Shown: positions 42,245-56,519 of the stretch, piece by piece | Numbering within the stretch: the stretch's first letter is position 1 | How the letters are laid out: each line of letters opens with the position of its first letter | Source of the DNA: Octopus vulgaris | Taxonomy: Eukaryota | Direction of reading: 5' to 3' | Assembly: GCA_951406725.2 (NCBI GenBank) | Contig: OX597816.1 | Location: 77,934,001-77,998,000 of the forward strand | Length of the DNA: 64,000 bases | Made by a program: the position numbers and the translations under genes | Notes under the pieces: generated by a model | Told to the model about the DNA's origin: nothing | Databases searched by the model: none | The model's input: only the letters and a program-made list of their open reading frames with translations

Positions 42245-43060
42245 GTGGCTTACAGAAGGGATTACATATGCTACCCAAAACAGAAGAAACTACTAATCCC
42301 CCAACATGCCGGCCCATAACATACCTCACCACCATATATAAGCTATTAACATCTATAATAGCGAATAGAGCATATGAATTCTTGGACCATAGGAAGTTAT
42401 TCCCAGTAGAACAAAATGGATGTAAAAGGAGTTCATATGGATCTAAAGACCAATTACTGATTGATAAAATGGTCTTTGAAAATTGCAAATTCAAACGCAG
42501 AAACCTTAACACCACTTGGATAGATTACAAGAAAGCTTTTGACAGTGTCCCCCATGCTTGGATCATCAAGGCCCTGGAAATTTACAAGATAGCTCCAACA
42601 ATTGTGAACTTTTTAAAAGTAAACATGAATTCGTGAAGAATCACCCACATTTTAAACCATACACAAGAATATACCACCTCCCCAGACATCAATATCGCTT
42701 GTAGTATCTTTCAAGGTGACTCATTATGGAATTCGGACTTGATAAATGTGCAAAGGCTACTTTGAAGGCAAGGAAGTTCATAAAGGGAAAAACATAGAAC
42801 TTGATACTTCCACAGCTATTCGATACTTCCACAGCCAATCCGAAGTATACAATTATCTGGGAACCAATAAAGGTGATGGTATCCAGCACTCTAAAATCAA
42901 AGAGAAAATCCGCAAGGAATGCTACCAGAGCGTAAGAATGATCCTAAACTCAGAATTAATGCGATCAATTCTTTGGCCATACCAGTAACCACATATAGCT
43001 TCGGTATCATTAAGTGGAGTCTCACTGACATGCAGAATATGGATGGAAAGATCTGTAAAA
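42243..43060 (+). mobile_element. R4/Dong-type LINE RT fragment
   Basis: RPITYLTTIYKLLTSII..EQNGCKRSSYGSKDQLLID..WIDYKKAFDSVPHAWI; QGDSL; YNYLG. Begins directly after (AAT)n. Confidence 0.9.
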
Positions 43061-43149
43061 CTGAACTGCTTTATTAGGGATATCGTGTATTTTGTGATAT
43101 GTTAAATATCTTGGAACAAATACAATAAGACACCCGACCCAACGTTGAA

Positions 43150-43312
43150 AGTGTTCCACCAACCCAACATCTTCGATTGGTATTTTTTATCGACAACGAA
43201 CGGATGAAAGGCAAAATTTGACCTCCGTAGGATTCGAACACGGAGCGCAAAATCAGAACATATACCGTGAAGCATTATGTCTGTCACCATAACAACTCTT
43301 CCAATTCACCTG
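43150..43312 (-). mobile_element. SINE family A, partial
   Basis: TTTATCGAC..GGATGAAAGGCAAA.TTGACCTC..GGATTCGAAC is the reverse complement of the core and B box. Confidence 0.7.
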
Positions 43313-44010
43313 CGCACGCGCGTGCGCGTATGTGCATGTAGGGGACGTGAGTTTGTCTACATGACTGTGTAGGAAGTGTATGTGCATTGCTAGTTGTCGG
43401 GCGAAGTTGAAAACGGGAAAAAGAAGCCGTCAGTTTGAGCGTGAATATTTGTGTGTGCCTATGTATGGCAATTTGTGTATGTGTGAGTGTGTGAATCTAT
43501 GTATGTTAATCTGTGAATTTGTGGAAATCTGTGTATGTGTCTGTGTACGAGTGGGTAAAGCGGAATGCATTTGGACAGAATAATATACAATGTAAATTGC
43601 ACACTTGGTGTACTATGTGTCTATGATTCAAATACATATTTTAGCCAAGGAACATGCTTTATGTGTAAATGTTTATGTGATAAAAGAACAAAGATGGCCG
43701 AAGGAAGATATGTGTGTGTGTGTGTGTGTGAGGGACGTGAGTGTATGTGTGTGTGTGTGTGTGAGGGACGTGAGTGTATGTATATGATGGATGTATCTTC
43801 GAATGGTGTGGGGTGATGTATGACAGAGGAGAAGAGAGAAAGGAACTATGTGTGTGATGGTTTAGAATGGACAGTTTTAGAGATGATGGTGCGTGTGTGC
43901 GTGATTGAGTTGTAAATGTGTGTGAGCTTATGTGATTGGGTTTGTGTGTAGTTATTGTAAGTGTGTGTGGATAGATTCATATATAGAAGTAGACAGGCAA
44001 ACAGACAGTC

Positions 44011-44138
<128 letters not shown>

Positions 44139-44955
44139 CGTGGATGTGTCATATACATGAGTCATTTATATTAAACTGTTTCATAGTTGATTACATAAAA
44201 GCATTAATGCCTTTATAAATATTTTCTATAATATAAATCTGTGGGCATATCTAACATAAAGACGGGACTAGATTTAGTTAGATCATCAATTATTGAGTTG
44301 AGACAGAAAAAAAGAAGAAAGATATAAGAATGAATGAAACATAGAATTAAAAAGAAGGAAAGACTTCGAATGATAGGGAAAACAACGATGAGGAAATATA
44401 TTTCGGACTATATTATATATATTCCACTGGAGATTATTTTGCTTCTTAACAAAATGCAGGTATAATGATGGTGCAGATAATTACCATTTCTCATTCAAAT
44501 GGTGACATGGCATCAGAAGAAAAGATCGTGCCTTTACGCTGCCAAATTTCAATAAACGAGTCCGAACTACAGTAAGCAACTGGCAAAATCTTTTAAACGA
44601 TTTCGAGCAAAAATAATTGCAAATCGTTTCAAAGAAAACATTAACCTTCTCCTGAAATTGCTGTGCCATATATATATATATATTGTCCGTTTTTCCGTCC
44701 TTGCTTTTGTATGCATTCGCTACTTTCTTCGAAGGAATCTAATGCTCTCAGCTTAGTTTTTCCTTTGGGCTGGCCAGATTGGGGCAATCTCAAGAATAAT
44801 CAGCCGAAATTGCGAGGATAATCTGGTTCTTGACTGAAGATAGAAAACTTCGAATGACCCGCCCTTGTTTTCCCTGTATCGTCTATCTGAGTGTTTTGTT
44901 GTCCCTTTTTGTATCACCTAGTTGTCCGGATGTTTTGCGTCCTTGTCCCATTTTG

Positions 44956-45011
<56 letters not shown>

Positions 45012-45039
45012 TATATATTCGTACGTACATTTGTTCTTT

Positions 45040-45071
<32 letters not shown>

Positions 45072-45150
45072 TCATATATATATCTTCTGGCTATTTCATC
45101 AGGCTGAACCATTAACCGTTAATTCCTACACATTTCTCACTCACTCTCTC

Positions 45151-45187
<37 letters not shown>

Positions 45188-45345
45188 TCGTTCTCTCTCC
45201 GTTTTTTCGCGTCTTAATCCTTTCTGTCGAAGTATGTAGGGTCGAAACGTCAAAGACTTTTCCAATTCTTCCCGTGCGTTAAGCTAATACAGCTGTTTTT
45301 TTCCCTCACCTGTCTTCGTCTTTTCTTTTCTGGAAATGTGAACTA

Positions 45346-45414
<69 letters not shown>

Positions 45415-45712
45415 CGTATGTTTATATATATATATATATATATATCGTTCGTTTAGGCTATGCGATACTAATAACCTGGTGTAGAACTCAATACACGTAT
45501 GCCTCTGAACGATGCGTGAGTCGAGTACAGAACAGTAATAAGAAAATAGAAATGACAACGGATTACTCAGAGTTCCACGTTCCTGTTCGTCAGACAGTTT
45601 TGTTTTTCAGTCAAAACTGTCCGACGAACGGGAACATAAAACTCTGAATAACAGTTTTTGTGATATTTTTGCTGCTTTTCAATAAAGTATATACATACAT
45701 ATATATATATAT

Positions 45713-45801
<89 letters not shown>

Positions 45802-45864
45802 AAGATAGATAGATGCAAAACGCTCAGCATAGGCGTGTGCGTGTGTGTGTATACACACACACAC

Positions 45865-46595
45865 CTATGCTGAACGTTTTACATCCAGGTCTTCATTGAA
45901 GTATGTTAGTCCGGCTGTTTCGGGATTATATGGGAGGTTATCGGGAAGGAAGTGTTTCTTAAGGAACTCACTGATTACTTGTGGGGGAAGAAAGTACTTC
46001 CTAAGGAGCTCACTACTTACACGTTTGATGTTTCCTTCACTTTTCAGCACTAAGTTAATGAATTTATTTTTGCTGCTGTTGTTTAGCAAGTGAAAGACTA
46101 TACGACTTTTGAAGGTTGTCTGAACAGTCCTCAAGCTTCTAACTTCTTTATCTCTTCTTAGGCAGAGCCTGTCGATATCACTACTTTTGTGGAGATATCT
46201 TTTGGTGTAATAACATGCTGCTACGACGTTTTTTTTTTTCACTTCAGGCAGTAGAGCGTTGTTTATCAAAAGTTGTGCGGCACATCCGCACTCCCCTTTC
46301 TTTCCACCGGCCTGCTCATCAGTCACTATGTTGTTGGACTCACAATGAACCTGAAGGAATTGGCTGAGACAGCTTGTGTACATCTTGTACATAATGTTTA
46401 GGCAAGCAATGGCCCTGTAGTTTTCTGCCACCTTGGTGGATTCATCCTTGGCTATAAGATTCAATTTCGTACGTCAATTTGACCTCCGATAGCTTCTGAA
46501 TATACATAGCGTTTTTTTTTCTGTAAAATTTTAGCCTCTTGTATAAGTATCTAACTATTAGGTCCCTTCCAGGTGCCTTCCTATTATGCAGTTTG
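45865..46595 (-). mobile_element. R4/Dong-type LINE RT fragments (internally deleted)
   Basis: KAPGRDLI; NYRAIACLNIMYKMYTSCL..DEQAGGKKG..GCAAQLLIN; SDIDRLCLRRDK. Confidence 0.85.
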
Positions 46596-46654
46596 CCTAT
46601 GTATGTGTGTATGTAAGTATGTATGTATGTGTGATTGTGTGTGTCTGTGTTTGT

Positions 46655-46860
46655 GTTTGTCCCCAACTCGTCGCTGGACAACCGATGTTTATTTATGTCC
46701 CCGTGAATTAGCGGCTCGGCAAAAGAAACTGGTGAAGAAATAAGTACTTAGAAAAGACTTTAAAAATAAGTACGAAGTTTCATTTGTTCGATGAGAGACT
46801 TTAAGGAGGTGCCCCATCATGGCAGCAATCCAGTGACTGAAACAAATACAAATTAAAAGA
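46655..46860 (+). mobile_element. SINE family B, 3' half
   Basis: TTTGTCCCC..GACAACCGATG..GTCCCCGT..TTAGCGG.TCGGCAAAAGA..ATGGCAGCA.TCCAGTGACTGAAACAA. Confidence 0.75.
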
Positions 46861-47071
46861 CAAAAAAACCCCAAAGATATCACAAGTGATCCATGCTCAT
46901 TTTGTCAAAGAAAGAGCATCTGACTAAATGAGCATGAATCACATGTACTATTTTGTATTATTATATAATTATCATTTATGTTCATGATTTGCCTGAACTG
47001 TGTATTGTTGAAAGGATCGTAATGCAGGAATGTTACGCCAAAACTTCCATTCATGGACTTAATGTGCACAT

Positions 47072-47680
47072 ACGAGGTGGTATCAAGAAGTTTTCGGACT
47101 AGTTCTGTAGCGCACCAATAGATGCCAGCACACGGTTGCGTGCGCAGTGAGAGCTAGCAGTGACCTTTATGAGACAGTGTGCCGAGTAACATCGCAATGT
47201 TTACTTCGCAAGTTGTGAAATTTTTGTTTGTATGATCACGTGTATACTGTAGTCTACACTTTTGTCATGGACAGGAACAAAGAGCCAACGTGAAACTTTG
47301 CATTAAACTTGGGAAGTCTGTTACAGCGAAACTGAGCCTGCTTCGGCAAGCTTACAGCGACGAGGCAATGGGTCGTACGCAGTGTTTTGGGTGGCATGGG
47401 CACTTCAAAAGCAGAAGGGTGTCCCAGAAAGATGACGGGTGACCTGGAAGACCTGCCTTGAGCGTCACCCCCGAAGTATGCTATTGTACATCGAGAATTC
47501 GTACCACCCCTCGGGGGCCAGACTATCAATGGAGAGTTCTACTGCGACGTTTTGAAGCGTTCGTTTCAGGAAAGACATTCAACGAAAGCGACCGGATCTG
47601 TCGAACGCGAAGAATTTGATTCTTCACGACAACAATGCACCTTATCACCAAGATCTCACTCGTGAGTTTCTCACCAAAAA
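47072..47680 (+). mobile_element. Internally deleted mariner transposon
   Basis: TA-CGAGGTGGTATCAAGAAGTTTTCGGAC left end; QRANVKLCIKLGKS..LRQAYSDEAM; IVHREFVP.GQTINGEFYCDVLKR; LILHDNNAP. Confidence 0.85.
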
Positions 47681-48763
47681 AACAACATATATATAACACA
47701 TATAATACATATAATTTTACGCAAAAACACCCTACAAACTGCTAAAGTGAATAAAAAAATTGTAAATTTATTCGACCTCTGTGGCCCGATGGTTAGGAAC
47801 CCCTCAATTAGACAAAAAATGCGGGAAGGTCACGGCTGAAATGCGTTTGTCATAAGTTTGCTTGATCAAGGCATACATAGAGCTAAATGATAACATATAT
47901 TTACACCTCTATATGCTCATGTGTATTTGTATATATCGCTGCGTGTCTAAACGTGTTGGTTACTGTGCGTGCTTTTGAATGTGTGTGTATATGTGTGCGT
48001 GTGCATGAGCCTTCGTTCGCGTGTCTATGTACTCATATCATATTCTGCATATGTGTGTACTTGTACGTGTGTGTATGTAGGTCTTGTATCTACATGTGTG
48101 TGAGTGTATTATTTTTATCTATAAGTGTGTATGAGTATGAGTGTGTAAGTGTATAAAACTATATATATTCATATGTGTTATAAATCTGTATGTATGTTTG
48201 TATGACTACCTATATGTATGACAGAGACAAAAGAGAGAGGTATATATCGTGTGTGTGTGTGTGTGTGAGTGTGTGTACATGGGTGGATGTATATTTATGT
48301 ATGGGTTTGTCTGTGAGTTTCTCTATGTTCATAGGTTACATATTTACAGTGCCTTTGATCTAATTAGTTAGAGTCTATAGGCAGCAATCAGTAACACTAT
48401 ATCTGTTCGCCTGTCTATGTATGTGCGTTTGTATGTGTGTATCTGCCTGTGTTTGTATATTTGTGTGTGTGTGTGTGTGTTTGTCTAATTAGTTTATATG
48501 ACTATCTTTGTCAATATTTGTTACATGTGTGCGTGGATATGAAGCTGTGCAGGCCTGTTTTAATTTCTCTTCGGCCATCGTTTCTTTTTCTCTCACATTA
48601 ATTACACTCGCTTCTCATTCTCTCTTTCTAAATATCTTTTCAAACACTTTTCTATTTCCTCATTTCTCTCCTCAAACTTCCTGGCAGCATCTCCATTTAC
48701 CTGTTTATCAATTAAACATGTTTGTGATAACTTTAAATATATATATGTATATAGATGTGTGTG

Positions 48764-48838
<75 letters not shown>

Positions 48839-48842
48839 GTAT

Positions 48843-49048
48843 AGGTGTGGTTGTATGGTAACAACCTGCATGGTTCCAGGTACGGTCCCATTGCATGGCA
48901 CCTGGCACAAATGTCTTCTACTTTTGGCTCGGGTCAATCAAAGCCTTATGAGTGAATTTGAAAGTTGGAAACTGAAAGAAGCCCGTTGTATGTATGTGTG
49001 TATTTGTGTGTGTGTATGTGTGTGTGTGTGTGTGTGTGTTTGTCCCCC
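48843..49048 (+). mobile_element. SINE family B, 5' half with GT microsatellite
   Basis: GGTGTGGTTGTATGGTAA..GGTACGGTCCCATTGCATGGCACCTGG..GGAAACTGAAAGAAGCCCGT. Confidence 0.75.
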
Positions 49049-49054
49049 ATATAA

Positions 49055-49550
49055 CACATCCTTTTTCAATGGAAAGAATTACACCCAAGTTAGAGACACA
49101 ACGATGAGAAAGATATTTTCTCCCATTTATGCGAACTCTGTAATAGCATACTTAAAACAAACCAACTCTATCAAAAAGTAATGGAAAACTACGGCACTGG
49201 ATTTAGAAAGTATATTGAAGATGCTTGGAAGAGATATCTTGACGATTGCTTCACAATCTGGACATAATCTCTAGATACTCTGGAAGAATTTAATATCCTC
49301 CTGAACAATCTGCGCCCAATTCTCCAATTTACAAAGAAGATGAGTAGTACCAAATAACCATTTCTAGACATGATGGTAATTAAACGTGATGCCACCATCA
49401 CCACTGATATAAACACAGATACGCATCAATATCTGAACTTTAAATCGTGCCATCAAACACATACAAGATGCAATATCCCATACTTCCTAGACAGAAAAAG
49501 TTGTACTATTGTGGAAAATGTGAATACCCGAGACAAACGCCTAACTGATC
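49055..49550 (+). mobile_element. Penelope-like reverse transcriptase fragment
   Basis: FNGKNYTQVR.TTM...SPIYAN; WKRYLDDCFTIW; LQFT; PFLDMMV; THQYLNFKSCHQTHTRCNIPY, which are PLE RT and thumb motifs. Confidence 0.88.
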
Positions 49551-51389
49551 CAAATATTGATGTATTATATTTAATGTATTGGCACCATCATTAATGAGGA
49601 TCTCTTACAGTAGTCTAAATATCACTTTCCTAAAGGTTATTAGGAAAACCTTTGGAAAAATATAACTTACAAACGATGCAGGCATAATTTTTCCTATGGA
49701 ATACACCAACAACTCATTTATTTTGATTGAATCTGAAATCCCTTCACTGTTTAATTTGCAACGAATAAAGCGTGTCAACTGTTTTATTAACCAAATATCC
49801 CATAGTCTCTCTCAATGTCCTTCTCATCAGTGATCTTCTGTCGATCTCTGTCTACTCATTTTACTTCAATGCTGAAGTCAACTAATTTACCCTAAGTAAA
49901 TTAAAACACGCATCAATCTGTAATCCACAGATACGCTATCCCTTCAATCTGCATTTGCTACCGTTACTACAAAGGTCTCTAGCCATAGATGCAAAATAAT
50001 TGTACGCCACTTCAATGCAAACCCTACATAACACTCATTATGCAATATTTTTGGCTATTTATGTTATCTATATTGTGTCTACTTCTATACCTCCCATATC
50101 CTGCACTAACCACTTTTTCAATATGTTCTTCCTAGAATGTCATCTCTCTAAAATTCTCACCTAGCAGTGTGTTTCTCTTTTTTTTTTTTAAGTTGCTGAA
50201 GATGGACATCCACTACATCGATTTTATCAGGCCCTGAGAGCCTACAAAGGCGATGATTGCAGACCCTTCTTTCTGACAAAACCGTTAGACATAATATTAG
50301 TCACTTCGTAGTTGAATCGGTGACGCTGTTAGCCAGAAAGCGTGGTCTGAGCTCTGTCACTGGGATTCTTACTCTTTTTCTAAGAACAACTAATGTAACA
50401 AAGTATATGCTGAGAATGAAGGTTGGTAAGTGATCTGGGATTTGGAAGTGATCTGGGATGATGAGAGGAGGAGAGATGAGTGTGTAAGGAGAAATTGGAA
50501 TAAGAAGGCATGCAACTTTATACAGTTTATAACGATATTAGATTTAACAAGCACATATCTATCATTTACTGTCAGTTTCGCTGTCTCAAAATGGTGTTTC
50601 GAATAGTTAATATAATTTTGAGTTGAAAATCGGGAATAAATTTACTCATTATTTGACTCATGGGATTATTGTTCGTTTCAAAGGTTATATCGAAATGGGT
50701 CACCAAGCCATTCTGGACATAAGAACATATAATGTTTATATATGTAAGTGTACCCTATTCTGATACCCTTCCAATTATCGAGTTGAAATAAAACTACCAA
50801 AGAACTATATTTAAATATTTAACTTGAGAAGATGAAGAGACTGGCTATCAATAATGTAATTGCAAATGTTGTCGCTTAGAAAATGATTGATATGTGGTTA
50901 GTGAGCTTTGTTTCTCATTTTTCTCTTTTAGATATTGTTTCTAATGACTCGTATCAATTCCCATTTGAAATTTTAGAACTTAATTCATTGATAATGGTTA
51001 ACATATATATGTGTGTAAGAGTTGACATAAAGCTTAGTAAAGTGACAACAAATAACTTGCAGAAGATCGAGAAAATAGTGTAACAGTTAGTTGTTTCCAA
51101 ACACTTTTATTCAACACACACAGCAAAACAAATAGCAAAGCATTGTTTCGAATAATTATCGGTAACATCATCAGAAAGTATAGCAACAATAGTGGTCACG
51201 CCACGCTTCGTATAACAATGGCAACTTGAGATAATAAATGCACACTCTCGTCTCTTAGATTAAACACCGAAAAAAAAATCAATTAAAAAAGCTAAAAATT
51301 CGAGTGCCTCATGCTACATAGAATTACGAACATACGTATAAATAGAACACCCAGGGCTAGAAACAGTCGTTACATTGTCCAACATACAT

Positions 51390-51834
51390 AACTACTTGTT
51401 CTGATATTGTCTTGAACTGAATAAATCTTGTACTTTGTTTTAGTTCAACATCTGAACCGTTCCACAAATTTCCCCCACAGATTTAAATAAACATGTTCTT
51501 CGTAGTGGTACAACACATTTCTTTAGATTAAATTTTCTCTCAAATTATAACCTCACCCTCTTAGTGGAAGAATACTGTATACATACATACATACATGCAT
51601 GCATATATGCATGTATGTATGTATGCGTGTGTATGTATATGTATGTGTGTATGTGTGTGTATGTGTGTATGTATTATGTATGTATGTATGTATGTATGTA
51701 TGTATGTATATATGTATGTATGTATGTATGTATGTACTGTGTAGTATGATTTTTAAGAAGTAGTATAGCACTCGATCAGTTAAGAGAGTAATGACAATAT
51801 AAAACACAAAAAGCCTTGTCAATACGTCCATGTG

Positions 51835-51929
<95 letters not shown>

Positions 51930-52870
51930 CATTTTTCTTTTGTTTTTGGCTTTAAACATTATTTGTGCTGTGTTAAATTCTACGAGAGACATGAACTTCA
52001 AGATACACAATTTCAAAAACAGTATATAGATGTATTTTCGATTGCTTACATTGTTAACTATCATTATGGATAGAGGGTACTCTTGTGAATTTTACAGCAT
52101 ACCTTCCCACAGTAATTAAGATACGTCAATACATTTGAATAATTCAAAAAGTATAACACAATTTGCCTTGTTTCTCCATCTCAGAAAAGAAAACGAACTG
52201 TAACACTCCTTCCCGTTCATGTTCGTGTATTTTATGAGGTTTCCAGTAGAAGATGTAGTCTCATATCACACCCAGAACTTTATTTCTGTAATTACGTTGC
52301 TTATCAGCACTTTAATATGACTGCAAATTTTAGTTTCCAAACAACATAAGCCTTGTTTTATTCAAATTTTATGATAATTTATATATGAAGCACCACCGTT
52401 TTCATTTTCATTTTCTTATTTCTGTCGTGAAAACCTCCAAAATTTCCTGTAAAATCTTCCTTGAACAAAGGAGAATTTGTGTCGTTGCAAATAAACTAAA
52501 ATGTGAGTATTCTCAATATGCTACATTTGTCATCTATGCACAAAATATTTAAAAAAATAGGGGTCTAAAACTGACCCGATATAACATACCAGTAATATCC
52601 TTACGAGATAACTTATGCTTACCTTATTGTCTGCTGCTTAAATAGCTTCTCAACCAATTAGATTTAACCCCGCTTTGTAATTAATCGAGTAATACATTGT
52701 GATCAATACTATAAAACACATTTTTAGATCTATAAATACACCCTGTGAATACTTTTTTGTCTACATAATTAGTAATTTTTCACTTAATTCAATTAGCGTC
52801 AAAGAGGTTGATCAGTCGATTGTTAGATAATCGAATCAATTATTTGACTGTTCATTATCAGAAGATTTCA
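51390..52870 (-). mobile_element. Decayed L2/Crack-like LINE RT and 3' end, split by microsatellites
   Basis: Minus FIDLK..F.SIDHNVLL-like RT motif and C-terminal ..ICGGNLWN.SDVELK; many stops. Confidence 0.55.
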
Positions 52871-53084
52871 TCAGTGAGTAATTAGCTCTATTGACTTATA
52901 CGCAAGAACCAATGGGACCGCATTCCCTCTTCTAGTCACGTACACAGAAAAACACGCGCACACACACATAAACACAGCAGGATTTGAGCTCAGCTCTTAG
53001 TACAATCCAAGGAAATACCTTTGCGGGGGAATGCTCAGGAAAAAACTACTGTATATAGTATGCAGAACAAGTTCGTATCCACAA

Positions 53085-53670
53085 TCACGAATTGTTGCCA
53101 TGGCAACCACTGAGGTTTGGGCTGGAGCAATGTCGTGATGAAAAGGGGCTCCTTTGGTGAGCATTCCTGGCCTTTTTTCTTTGATTGATTACTGGAGGCA
53201 TTACAGTAGCTGAGAATAATACAGCCCTGTCACGGTGTGACCCTTTTCGAGGTAATCGATCAACAAGACACCTTGAGAATCCAAAACAACTGACGCCATG
53301 ACCTTGCCAGCTGAAGGAATGACCTGGCCTTCTTTGGGGTAGGATAAGATGTGTGCTTCCACTGCTTTGATTGTTCTTTGGTTTCAGGCTGGTAGTGATG
53401 AACCCAACTTTCGTCCATAGTAATGAAACGAGCAAGAAAATTCTCTTCATCGGCTTCAAACAGTTCCAGATTGCTCGTGGACAAAAAGTGTCTGGTGCGT
53501 TTCTGTTCAGGAGTCAAAAGGTGAGGGACCCACCTTGCAGAAACCTTTGAGAACCTAAGTTTTTTTTTTTTGTCACAATGTTGTCTGCTCTTTCGCCTGA
53601 GATGCCCAGTCTCTCAGCTATCTGGCGACATGGTATTCGACGATCTTGCATTATCATACCAACATTGCCA
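53085..53670 (-). mobile_element. Mariner transposase fragment
   Basis: SARWVPHLLTPEQKRTR..FLARFITMDESWVHHYQPETKEQSKQWKH..PTPKKA; IDYLEKGHT; HHDIAPA. Confidence 0.9.
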
Positions 53671-53749
53671 GTGAGATACGTCAGCTCTTTCGATGAACAT
53701 AGAACTGTATGAATGGAAGAGCTTAAATGATATTTATCAGTCGGAAAGG

Positions 53750-54085
53750 AATTCCGCCGAAGTCGACTTTACTTTTCATCCTTCCGGAGTCGATAACAAA
53801 GGTAACAGTTGACTACTGTGATTGATGTATTCTTTGAGCCAATAGTAGAAAGGGTTATTGCATTCTTGCCTAAAACGGCAAGCAGACAGTATCGTTAACG
53901 CATCGGATAAAATGCTAAGCAGCATTTCTTCTGTGTCTTTATGTTTTGAGTTCGAATTCCGCCGTAGTCGACTTTACCTTTTATCCTTCCCGTGTCGATA
54001 AAATAAGTACTAGCTGAACACCAGATTCGATGTAATCGACTTACGCCTTCCCGGTAAACATCTGACCTTTTGTCAAATTTAGAAA
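53750..54085 (+). mobile_element. Two adjacent SINE family A copies (partial + near full)
   Basis: AATTCCGCCG..GTCGACTTTAC.TTT.ATCCTTCC..GTCGATAA appears twice. Confidence 0.75.
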
Positions 54086-56519
54086 GATTATTACATTCTT
54101 CGTTCATGCTGAGGAGAATGTTATTGAAGTCAGTGTTGATCTGGTAGATAATGATGATATTCTGACAAGGTTCCTTACAATATTGCCATGGGTGGAAACT
54201 TTTTCCGATTTTCTCCCTCTATAAAAACGCATCACTCCATAAAAACCCAGGTGACTCTGATGTGGTAGATATTCACCTTATGTATGAAGCTGCCTGTATG
54301 CAGAGTGGTAATTCCAGTCGGTTATAGTTCTTGGGAAGAAAGAGAGAAATGTTTGGTGTTGTTTGATTTAAGAGATGATGCAAAATAAGAATGAAGGTTG
54401 ATGAAAGATGGGTGGGATAATTGCACTTAGAGGAAAGTGATGTACAATCTGTTAATTCGAGGAACAGAAAGCGTTGAATTAGTGGTGTAACAGCAGAGTG
54501 AAGAAATAGGACGTTTGCAAGCTATTAGTTTACGTTGATAATTGAATTTTTTCTAGTCAGTGAAGTGTAAGTAGTGCTCCGTTTGAAGAAAATAATGTTT
54601 CTAGAGAATCAGAAACTTATCTCACTAAATTATTTCGTGACTCTAAAGTGGAATGCTAGTCTTTGAGATATGGTGTTGGCAATGCTTTTTATATAGGATC
54701 ATCCTCAGTGTTCATCAAAACCTGGTGAAGAGAAGTTAAGTTTTAGTTGCGTTGTTCGATCCAGATTCGTAGTTGGGGAAAGTAATGTGGAATGAGAGAT
54801 ATACTTGAAAAAATAAATCAAAGCATGGAAAGATTGTACTATAAATGGAGGTGATTCTGCGACAAAATTCTTTCAATGATGTCCCTTTAAGAGTAACTTT
54901 GGTTTTCCATACTCTGAGAGATATAAAATATTTATCCAGTATGTAAGTAGATCGATTCAGTCGATGTTATTTTCCAATATAATTTTGGCTTGATGTCAAT
55001 GTAAAGTATGATTGTATGAGAAATACCCACAAACCAATGAAATATTGACTCCTATTGTCTAGGAAGAAAACACGAAAAGCATTTACGACATAAGTGAAAT
55101 GAACTTGAAAATTAAAACCGCTTTGTAGTTCTAATCTCTCGAATCTTTACCTCTGCTGCACAACGCTTCATCCCATAACTTTCAATATACCCAGTTAATT
55201 GAAAGACATTGTTAATCTGGAGGAAACGTACCATATTGATTCATGTAAATTTCTGTAGCAGATATAAACATCATCTGATTAATTTTGTCATTTAATATTT
55301 CCTGTCTTAATTAATCCATTAGAAGACAAAAGAACTAACAAATATCAATGTTTAAACATCTCAATTAAATGTAATAAACCCGTCTCGTTTCTGATGTAAA
55401 ATTGATGACTGCTTCAAAGGGTATTCATAAGGCAATTGCCGTCTGTAAATCCTTTTCTTCTCTTCCGGTAAAGTTGAAACAAAAGATGTTTGTCTAAGTT
55501 TGCACTTGAATTCTCAGGACAAAAGAAAAGTTCCCTATGCGAATGGAAATAACTAAATAGTATTCTCACTTAATTATTTTCTCCAGAATCTAAACATTTA
55601 TAAGATACAATATTCAGAGAGACTTAACAGTTTTTAAGTTTCCTATAGATATCAGTGTTGTAAAAGAAGTGAATTGACTTTAATTAGAACTCGAAACGGC
55701 CATATATGTTTAATATTCATCTTGAACATTTTAAATAACGATTTCTAACAGGAGCACAAACATTATGTGGAGGGATATATACTCGATTATATCGTTTACC
55801 AGTAAGTGAATGGTAATAGGTAATCGACCTGAGAAGGGTAATAGGTGAAACTGACCTCAGCAGTATTAAACAATCAGAACTTGAAATAAAGGGACGTAAC
55901 TGAATTCGATAATTCATCAAGACTGAGTTCTGCCGTTCTTCTTTATCTAATGCCTTCTTCTAATCCACCGACCAATAAAGAACAATGCTGATTTCTAACA
56001 TAGATACAGAACTCACATTTGTGGAGAGGAGTATTGCCGATTAATCGACCAAGTGCTTCATTACTACTCACTTTACTTACTGCAGAAGGGAGAAAGTCAA
56101 TGATGGCTTTGGAGAGATTCGAAGTCTGAAGGTAAAAAGTCGTAACTAAAATGAATAAAGTATTTTGTCGGGGTACACTATTATAATACAACAATGCTGC
56201 TAATCCACCCCTCTGGATGATCGGAAACATGCAACTCGGAATATCGAACTATGAGCTTTTCAGTTATATTACATTAAAGAATACTCAAACTTAATTATCG
56301 AGTGCTGTTGTTTATTGCTTCTCAGTCAGCTAACAGAGATTCATACGTGTAGGGGTGGTGGTGCGTGAGTGCGTGTGCGTGTGTGTACGTGTGTGTATTT
56401 GCGTGTGTGTGTATTATATGTGTATATAAACACGTTATTGCGTGCTAAGTTGTATGACACGAAAATACATGTAATAATACCCATATTATCTATTCGCTTC
56501 ATGTTTATTACAACATACA

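Noticed and set aside
44790-44860. CTGAAGA and GAAA strings in the 21830/44685 repeat family as a hammerhead
   Set aside because: I could not build consistent stems in the required order.
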